From Rhodanobacteraceae bacterium (GTDB lineage: Bacteria; Pseudomonadota; Gammaproteobacteria; Xanthomonadales; SZUA-5), in the NCBI GenBank assembly GCA_031425695.1, contig JANPJV010000185.1, forward strand, positions 2,234 through 66,233: a stretch of DNA of 64,000 bases, given 5' to 3'. The position numbers were made by a program, and so were the translations under genes. A model generated the notes under the pieces. It had not been told where the DNA came from. It searched no databases and saw nothing but the letters and a program-made list of their open reading frames with translations. Positions 57,604 to 64,000 of the stretch are shown piece by piece (the first letter of the stretch is position 1; the number at the start of each line of letters is the position of its first letter).

Positions 57604-58521
57604 TCACTTACCCGCGTCGAGACGCGCGCCCGAGGGGCCGAACATCTGCTCGTCCCAGCTGACGACGACCAGCGTGTGATTGTCAAAATGCAGCAGCATC
57701 GACTTGGCCGCCTTGCCACCGCCCAGCAGCGGCAACATGATCACCTGGTTGTTGCGCTGCATCCATTGGCCCTTGATGAGCCGGGCGTTCTTGCCATGGT
57801 GAAGTTCCATCGTGCCGTCGCGGCCGAAGTCGAGCTTGACCGGCTCACCATTCGGCAGCGTACCGACATAATGCTCGGCCACCGGTCGGCGCAGCGCCGC
57901 CGCCGCCATTTCCGGGTCATAAATGGCCAACGTGATCAGCAGGTCCTCGAGATCTCCGCGCAAAACCGCATAACGATCCTGCCCGCCGGCGTCTTCTGGG
58001 CGCACGACCACGTAGGCGGTCTGCTGGGTATTCATGGTCAACCGACCAAAGGTCGTCTTCGCATCTTCGAGCTTGCGCCAGGCTGCCAGCGGCAGGCGAT
58101 AGATGCTGACCAGCGTCCGCGGATTACCCTGCTCCGGCACATATTCGATCACGACGGCGGCATCCACTCCCGGCTGCACCTTCTGGGCGTCGGCACCCAC
58201 CAGCTCACGCACGACCACGTCCTTGTCGCGCCAAGCGGCGGGCAAGGTGAAGCTCATCAGCGCGTTCTTGGCATGGAAGCGCCCGGCGGGCTCAGCGCCA
58301 TCCTGCCCGAGCAGAGGGCCAGGCGCCCATTCGCGCGGATTCGGATTCGGCGGCAGCGAGGTGACTTCACCGGCCGGCTTCGACGGTGGGATTTGCGTCG
58401 GCGGCGCCGTATCCGGCACCAAGTCCCGCGGCATCGTCCCCGGCGAAGGACCCTGGGCCGCGGCCTGGCCGCAGCAGCCGACGGCGAACAGGGCAAGCAG
58501 CCCGATGGCAAATACGCGCAT
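57604..58521 (-). CDS. Secreted hypothetical protein (Pro-rich N-terminus)
   Basis: Signal peptide MRVFAIGLLALFAVGCCGQAAAQ; 8 nt upstream of the ArnT-like gene. Confidence 0.7.
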   Translation of the reverse strand: MRVFAIGLLALFAVGCCGQAAAQGPSPGTMPRDLVPDTAPPTQIPPSKPAGEVTSLPPNPNPREWAPGPLLGQDGAEPAGRFHAKNALMSFTLPAAWRDKDVVVRELVGADAQKVQPGVDAAVVIEYVPEQGNPRTLVSIYRLPLAAWRKLEDAKTTFGRLTMNTQQTAYVVVRPEDAGGQDRYAVLRGDLEDLLITLAIYDPEMAAAALRRPVAEHYVGTLPNGEPVKLDFGRDGTMELHHGKNARLIKGQWMQRNNQVIMLPLLGGGKAAKSMLLHFDNHTLVVVSWDEQMFGPSGARLDAGK

Positions 58522-58797
58522 GAACTTGATCTCCGAAAAGAAAAACTGACCGCGGAGCATAGCGAAGGCCGGTGGAGCAAGCCGCAACGCCAGCCGAGGC
58601 TGTGCTCAGATGCGAATGCGGGCCGTTGGTTCCTGGCTGCGGCTGCTTGGCTTTAGCTGCCGTTGTGCATGCGTCTGTCGCTCGCCTAATCGATATTCTG
58701 GGCGCGAACGAAAGCCGGGACGAGACATCGCAGGCACGCCGCTCTCTCGCCAGACATGCCGTAACCCATTGAATTAAGAAGGACTGCATTCGACTTT

Positions 58798-58886
58798 GTG
58801 GGAGCAGCCATGGCTGCGATGCTCTTGCCTAGCTTTGGAATCGCCTTGAAGCCAAAACCAAAGGTCGCAGCCGTGGCTGCTCCCAC
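58798..58886. repeat. REP doublet, family C
   Basis: gtgggagcagccatggctgcga ... tcgcagccgtggctgctcccac. Confidence 0.88.
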
Positions 58887-58908
58887 AACAGCAAAGGCGC
58901 CGCCAAAC

Positions 58909-58934
58909 AAAAAGCCCGCATCAGCGGGCCTTTT
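58909..58934 (-). terminator. Intrinsic terminator downstream of the H-NS family gene
   Basis: aaaaagcccgc-atca-gcgggcctttt. Confidence 0.8.
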
Positions 58935-58973
58935 GTCCAGCGCCCGCGTGAGCGGGCCGAATGCCAAAATCGC

Positions 58974-59327
58974 TTACTTGATCGCCAGGGTCTCGAGGTC
59001 CGCGCCCTTCGCCAAGGCATCGCGAACCCAATGCGGGCGCTTTCCACGACCGGTCCAGGTCTTGGACTTGTCATCCGGATTACGATACTTCGGAGCCACG
59101 GCGCGCTTGGAAGCGGCGTCGCCGCCACCCGCATTGGAGGCCGCAGCCTTGCCACTGCGCGCGGTGAACAACTCATAGATATCGAATCCGGCCTCGCGTG
59201 CCTGCGATTCCAGGTTTCGACGCAGTTCGGAGTATTGCTGCTTCTTCACCTGCTCGATCCGCGCTTTCGCCTGATCAACCAGGGCGTTCAGCTCGGAAAT
59301 GCTCAAGCCATTCAGGTCAATTGCCAT
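58974..59327 (-). CDS. hns: H-NS family nucleoid-associated protein
   Basis: N-terminal coiled coil; V.PKYRNP....TWTGRGKRP.W; gaggtg RBS. Confidence 0.93.
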   Translation of the reverse strand: MAIDLNGLSISELNALVDQAKARIEQVKKQQYSELRRNLESQAREAGFDIYELFTARSGKAAASNAGGGDAASKRAVAPKYRNPDDKSKTWTGRGKRPHWVRDALAKGADLETLAIK

Positions 59328-59474
59328 CTCACACCTCTCTCTCGGAGTAAATTTCGGTATAGCGCGTACATTTTGCACGCGCATGGCGCGAATGAAAAGC
59401 TTTTTAGCCTGAAAGGATTGTGAAAATGATCACGCTACTGAATGGAGAAACTGAATCCGGTCGTCCCGGGCTGG

Positions 59475-60332
59475 TTATTCGCGCCCGAGAACGGTGCGCA
59501 CTTCCAGCAGTTCGGGAAAGAAGGTCAGTTCCAGCGCGCGTTTCAGAAAGGCGACGCCCGAGGAGCCACCGGTTCCGCGCTTGAACCCAATCACCCGTTC
59601 GACCGTTTTCATGTGCCGGAAGCGCCACAGTTGAAAACTTTCTTCAACATCGACCAGCTGCTCGCACAGATGATAGGCGGACCAGAAGTCGTCCGGATTC
59701 TCGTAGATGCGTTTGAGCATCGGGATCAAGGCCGGATTGCGTTCGTGCGGCTGTGACCAGTCGCGTTCGACGCATTCGGGCGGGATGGCGTGCCCGGCGC
59801 GGGCCAGATGGCGCAGAAACTCGTCATACAGGCTCGGCGATTCGAGTGCCGCGCGCAACCGCGCCTGCTGCTCCGGCGCATGGTTGAATACTGGCAGCAT
59901 CTGTGCATTCTTGTTGCCGAGCAGAAACTCGATCAGCCGATACTGGATTGACTGGAAGCCACTGGCGGGGCCGAGTACGTGGCGAAACTCCATGTATTCG
60001 GTTGGTGTCAACGTCTCCAGCACCGCCCACTGCTCGAACAGCTGTTTTTGAATGTGCTTGCAGCGCGCCAGAATTTTCAGGCACGGGCCGAGATCATCAT
60101 TGCGCAGGCGCCTGATTGCTGCTTCCAGCTCGTGGATCAGCAGCTTCATCCACAGCTCGCTGGTCTGGTGCTGAATGATGAACAACATTTCATCATGATG
60201 CGGCGGCTGCGAAAGCGGCCGTTGCGCGTCGAGCAACCGATCGAGCAGCAAATAGCCGTCATAGGTCAGGCGATCGGTCAGGTCGACCGTGATCGCGCTC
60301 TCCAGCGGGCGCCGATTTTCAGGAAGGCTCAT
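59475..60332 (-). CDS. kynA: Tryptophan 2,3-dioxygenase
   Basis: [50 protein letters not shown]. Confidence 0.97.
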   Translation of the reverse strand: MSLPENRRPLESAITVDLTDRLTYDGYLLLDRLLDAQRPLSQPPHHDEMLFIIQHQTSELWMKLLIHELEAAIRRLRNDDLGPCLKILARCKHIQKQLFEQWAVLETLTPTEYMEFRHVLGPASGFQSIQYRLIEFLLGNKNAQMLPVFNHAPEQQARLRAALESPSLYDEFLRHLARAGHAIPPECVERDWSQPHERNPALIPMLKRIYENPDDFWSAYHLCEQLVDVEESFQLWRFRHMKTVERVIGFKRGTGGSSGVAFLKRALELTFFPELLEVRTVLGRE

Positions 60333-60351
60333 GAACGTCAGCCGTCGCTAA

Positions 60352-60543
60352 TCACGAAGCCGCTTGTTGACCTACGATGGAGCGCATCAGCGTACCGATT
60401 TCGTCCTTGCTGCCGGTCACCATCAAGTGGTGATTGCGGTCGAGATCGATGCCGATATTCACCGCATAGTCGTTGCCGATGTTGTTGCCCTCTTCGTCGA
60501 GCTTGGCGAACGCCTCGACCTTGCCGATGTAGGTGATGCGCAT
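60352..60543 (-). CDS. Small hypothetical protein (63 aa)
   Basis: MRITYIGKVEAFAKLDEEGNNIGNDYAVNIGIDLD...; typical GC3 codon bias; 19 nt upstream of kynA. Confidence 0.6.
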   Translation of the reverse strand: MRITYIGKVEAFAKLDEEGNNIGNDYAVNIGIDLDRNHHLMVTGSKDEIGTLMRSIVGQQAAS

Positions 60544-60860
60544 TGCATCGATCAAACCGCCCTGGGGAAGTCGCACCCAACGTTGCACGGCACCCTCGCT
60601 GTTGGTCTGGTGAGCAGATTCGAGTCTAGCAGGGTGTTGCAAAGCACCCCGCCAGACGCGCGAAAAGGATGCCGCGACGTGCAAAAGTCACGGAAGGACT
60701 TTGCAGCACCCTGCCAGCGCAGTGCGCCGCCCCTCTTGGCAACTATTTCCGCGCCCTTTGGCGTTAAAAATCCACCCGCACTGGCCCTCGCGTTGCAGCC
60801 GATCGCATACTCCGCCGCCGCCAGCTCATGGCGGCACGCCAGGGACACTCGAACACAGCC

Positions 60861-62006
60861 ATGACTGACGCAGGGGCCGGAGAGCCAAGAAGCGAACCGG
60901 CGCTGCCCGGGCCGGCCTATCCAGGACCGGATTCGCCTACGCTGGCAGAATGTTTCGCGAGCGGGCGCGACAACTTCTTGCAGTTGCGGCTGCTGGCGGC
61001 GGCGGCCGTGATCTTTGGCCACAGCTATGGCCTCGCGGCGGTCCCGGGACTGCACGACTTCGTGACCTTGATGGACGTCGGCTACGGGGCCTACACGGGT
61101 TCGCTGGCGGTGGACGTGTTCTTCGTCATCAGCGGCTTCCTGGTGACCGCGTCGTTCATCCGTCGCGACTTCCGGTCCTTTGCCAAGTCACGGCTGCTGC
61201 GCGTCGTGCCCGGCTATTTCGTCTGCATCAGCCTGACTGCGCTCGTGCTCGGGCCATTGATGACCACGCTGCCGTTGGCGGACTATTTCGCTCGCAGCGA
61301 GGTCTGGAGCTACATCGCCTCCAATCTGCTGTTTTCGGCGGATCAACTGAAGTGGGCGTTGCCCGGCGTCTTTGAAAGCAACCCAAAGCCGTCGATCGTC
61401 AACGGATCGCTGTGGACGCTGCCGGCCGAGATGCAGATGTATGTCAGCCTGGCGCTCATCGGGCTGAGCGGAATCTTCAAGCGCCCGGCGCTGGCCAGCG
61501 TCGCTGTGCTCGGGCTCATCTTCTCCGAAGCGCTGAAACCCGACTGGAGCCAGTCGATCCTGCATCGCGATTTTCTGCGCATCGCCGGATTGTTCTGTAC
61601 CGGAGCCTTGTTCTATTTGAATGCCGGCCGCATCCGCTTGAACGTGGTGATCGTGGCGGGCCTGTGCTTTGCCTGCTTCTTGTTCCGGCACACCCCGCAT
61701 CATGGCTACCTGCTCGGCCTGACCGTCGCCTACGCCACCTTGTGGCTGGCCTATGTCCCGCGCATGCCGCTGGCCGGAATCCGCGGCGACTATTCCTATG
61801 GGCTGTACCTGTGGGGCTATCCCTGCCAGCAGGTCGTAGTCGCGGTGCTCGGTGATCCCATGCCACTCGAGATCTTCTTCCTATCCCTGCTGCCGGCACT
61901 CGCGCTCGCGATGCTGTCCTGGCACCTGGTCGAGAAGCCGGCGCTGCGGTTGAAGAATTGGCGCTGGCGGGCACGGCCAGCACCGGAAGCGCGCGTCGGC
62001 GGCTGA
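60861..62006 (+). CDS. Acyltransferase family 3 (OafA-like) membrane protein
   Basis: DNF..LRL.AA..VI..H, AVDVFFVISGFLV, NGSLWTLP.E, DYSYGLYL, SWHLVEKP. Confidence 0.93.
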   Translation: MTDAGAGEPRSEPALPGPAYPGPDSPTLAECFASGRDNFLQLRLLAAAAVIFGHSYGLAAVPGLHDFVTLMDVGYGAYTGSLAVDVFFVISGFLVTASFIRRDFRSFAKSRLLRVVPGYFVCISLTALVLGPLMTTLPLADYFARSEVWSYIASNLLFSADQLKWALPGVFESNPKPSIVNGSLWTLPAEMQMYVSLALIGLSGIFKRPALASVAVLGLIFSEALKPDWSQSILHRDFLRIAGLFCTGALFYLNAGRIRLNVVIVAGLCFACFLFRHTPHHGYLLGLTVAYATLWLAYVPRMPLAGIRGDYSYGLYLWGYPCQQVVVAVLGDPMPLEIFFLSLLPALALAMLSWHLVEKPALRLKNWRWRARPAPEARVGG

Positions 62007-62051
62007 TCGCGGTCTGGTCCGCAGAGCGTTCCGGCGAACGCTGTCAGCGAA

Positions 62052-63158
62052 TTACCTGCCCGCGCCGATCGCCCCGCGCGCTACCGCGCGCATGCAAAAT
62101 TCCGGCGACAGATGCTGCCATTGGCGGGTGGGTCCGCGCGGGTCGCGGGTCATGACCGCCAGGATGTGCGTCGGCTTCCACAGCCCGGCGAGCAATCCTT
62201 CCTCGTCCCGTGCCTGCAGGCGATCGATGAAGTCGCGGTCCTTGGGATCGTCCGCATCGAGATGGTGGCCGAAGCTGCGGTCGATGAAGATATCTAGCAC
62301 ATTGCCCCAGGCCAGGAAAGTGTCGAACGCGAAGCGCTCCAGCAGCAACGGCAGGATGTCCTGCGCCCGAATCCCCTCGAAGCCTTCGACCGAGCAGTCC
62401 CAATCCAGGAACTCGGGCTCCGCGCGCTTCAGCTGCAGGTTGTAGCGGCTACGCTCGGGTAGCTCCGCCCAAAATTTGCGCACCTCGACCAGCGCTTCCG
62501 GCCAGCGCATGTGGCCGTTGCGGCCAATCATGTCGCAGGTCAGGAAGACACCATCAGCGCCAATCACCCGGCGCGTGGTGTCCATCAGGTTTTCCAGCTC
62601 GAGCACGTGATGCAGGGACTGGTTCGCCATCACCACGTCGTACTCGCGGGCAGGCTGCCAGCGATTGAAATCCCCACGCACCGGAACGACGAATTCCGAA
62701 AGCCCATGCTCCTTGGCGAGGTCGGCGCAGCGCGCCAGCATGTTCGGATTGATGTCCATGCACTCGATGCGGAAACCATCGACACCGCGCTCGCGCAAAA
62801 GCTGCGCGACGCGGATCTCCGAGTCACCGTTGCCCGCGCCCAGGCTGATCACCTTGATCGGGCGGCCACGCGCACTCCGCGCACGCGCAATCTCCTTGGC
62901 GAAGAAATCTTCAGGATAGGAATAGCCGAGGCTTTCCAGCATCGGCCGCAGATAGGTGTTCGACCAGTAATGGAACATCTTCGGCAGCTCGTGCACCTGC
63001 ACCTGGTCCCGGAAAATCGCGATCTCCGCCGCCATGCGCGCCTGGTAGGCGTCGTCCGTTGAGCTCGCCTTGCTCGTCGCGGGAAGCGACGCCGCCTGCT
63101 CGCCCGGTATCAAGAGGGCCTTGGCGGATCGCAGCCAACGGAGCAATGGATTACGCAT
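62052..63158 (-). CDS. Class I SAM-dependent methyltransferase
   Basis: ISLGAGNG, ECMDIN, GDFN, YDVVMANQSLHHV. Confidence 0.88.
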   Translation of the reverse strand: MRNPLLRWLRSAKALLIPGEQAASLPATSKASSTDDAYQARMAAEIAIFRDQVQVHELPKMFHYWSNTYLRPMLESLGYSYPEDFFAKEIARARSARGRPIKVISLGAGNGDSEIRVAQLLRERGVDGFRIECMDINPNMLARCADLAKEHGLSEFVVPVRGDFNRWQPAREYDVVMANQSLHHVLELENLMDTTRRVIGADGVFLTCDMIGRNGHMRWPEALVEVRKFWAELPERSRYNLQLKRAEPEFLDWDCSVEGFEGIRAQDILPLLLERFAFDTFLAWGNVLDIFIDRSFGHHLDADDPKDRDFIDRLQARDEEGLLAGLWKPTHILAVMTRDPRGPTRQWQHLSPEFCMRAVARGAIGAGR

Positions 63159-63293
63159 GTTCGGACCTAAGCCGGGCAGGGCGCGATTCTGCCACCAGCG
63201 GGGGCCAACCGCGCACGAGGGATTTTTTCCACAGCTTGATCGATCGGCCCATGTGGCTCCGCGCTAGTGGTTGTGTCCCTTCTTGCATCCACG

Positions 63294-64000
63294 ATGACGC
63301 CCATGCGCACGCTCCCCGGCTACTCCCGCTTGTTGGCTTTTCTGTTGTTGATGGTCGCTGCTGCAGGTGTCGGAGCGCAGTTTTCTGCGGCCGACGGTGC
63401 GGGCCGAATCACCGCGCTGAATATCGGTGCGCCGGGCCCGGCGCTGTGCAACGGCAACCAGGCCATGAGCTCCGTTGCTCGGGACGCACTGCCAGGCGCC
63501 TGGAGAAATCCTGCCCGCTACGGCACTGGCTGGGACCTGCACCGGGATGATCAAACCGGCTTGATGTCGGTGACCTGGTACACCTTCGACGCCGCCAGGC
63601 GGCCGGTCTGGTATCGGTCCGCGGTCGCACAAATCGACCCAATCACCATGACTTGGCGCGCCAGTATTGAAAGTGCTCGTCTCGAGCGCGGCGTGGCGGT
63701 CGAACCTGCACCGATCGGCGCCGTCGCCATTCGCTTCATAAAGGAAAATCCCGGGAAGATCGCGATTCGATGGTCGCTGGACAGAAAGGAAGGTCCGCCC
63801 CTCGACGAATGCCTGATCGACGCGTTCGGTGAGAGTCGTGATGCTGGAACATGGCGGGCACAACGCCTGGAGAACCCGTCGTCCGGGGATTACGAGATCG
63901 TCCGCACGCCGTTGCAGTCCGCGGACTTCTCGGGGGAGCGGCTGGTCATGCTCGGCTTTGATTCCTCAGGCGCGAGTGTCTGGACTGTCGGCGTTCAACC
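63294..64000 (+). CDS. Secreted hypothetical protein, 3' end outside the window
   Basis: Manual translation: MTPMRTLPGYSRLLAFLLLMVAAAGVGAQ...GAWRNPARYGTGWDL...VTWYTFDAARRPVWY...GFDSSGASVW. Open to the window edge; not in the ORF track. Confidence 0.72.
   Translation, partial: MTPMRTLPGYSRLLAFLLLMVAAAGVGAQFSAADGAGRITALNIGAPGPALCNGNQAMSSVARDALPGAWRNPARYGTGWDLHRDDQTGLMSVTWYTFDAARRPVWYRSAVAQIDPITMTWRASIESARLERGVAVEPAPIGAVAIRFIKENPGKIAIRWSLDRKEGPPLDECLIDAFGESRDAGTWRAQRLENPSSGDYEIVRTPLQSADFSGERLVMLGFDSSGASVWTVGVQ

Noticed and set aside
58974-59460. H-NS gene with AT-richer upstream DNA as a sign of a genomic island or prophage
   Set aside because: No integrase, tRNA, att repeats or phage genes; neighbours are ordinary chromosomal genes.

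Overview
High-GC bacterial chromosomal window, most consistent with Xanthomonadales/Lysobacterales (Rhodanobacteraceae-like). This is inferred from gene content and repeat types, not from a search. About 50 genes are housekeeping or accessory: a MacAB-like ABC exporter, selO, speE, a class A beta-lactamase, an IorAB-type molybdoenzyme with a diheme cytochrome, an HD-GYP/EAL pair, yaeQ, DUF2339/DUF3999, an ECF sigma factor, oleC-oleD, bioH, an H-NS family gene, kynA and several surface-modification enzymes. No rRNA, tRNA, CRISPR array, transposase or prophage is visible. Four things stand out. (1) A short recurring motif, roughly D-x-[ILM]-F-A-[DS]-G-F-E, sits at the extreme C-terminus of three unrelated secreted proteins, directly after the signal peptide of a fourth, and at the end of one clear and one possible gene remnant missed by the ORF track. 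It is a candidate uncharacterised protein-sorting or surface-anchoring tag. (2) A four-hairpin sRNA candidate with C-rich loops (sX13-like) lies behind a sigmaE-type promoter. (3) About 30 intergenic palindromic elements from at least 10 families are present; some supply stop codons, one lies inside a CDS and one marks a deletion edge. (4) One gene is split by a single in-frame TAA.
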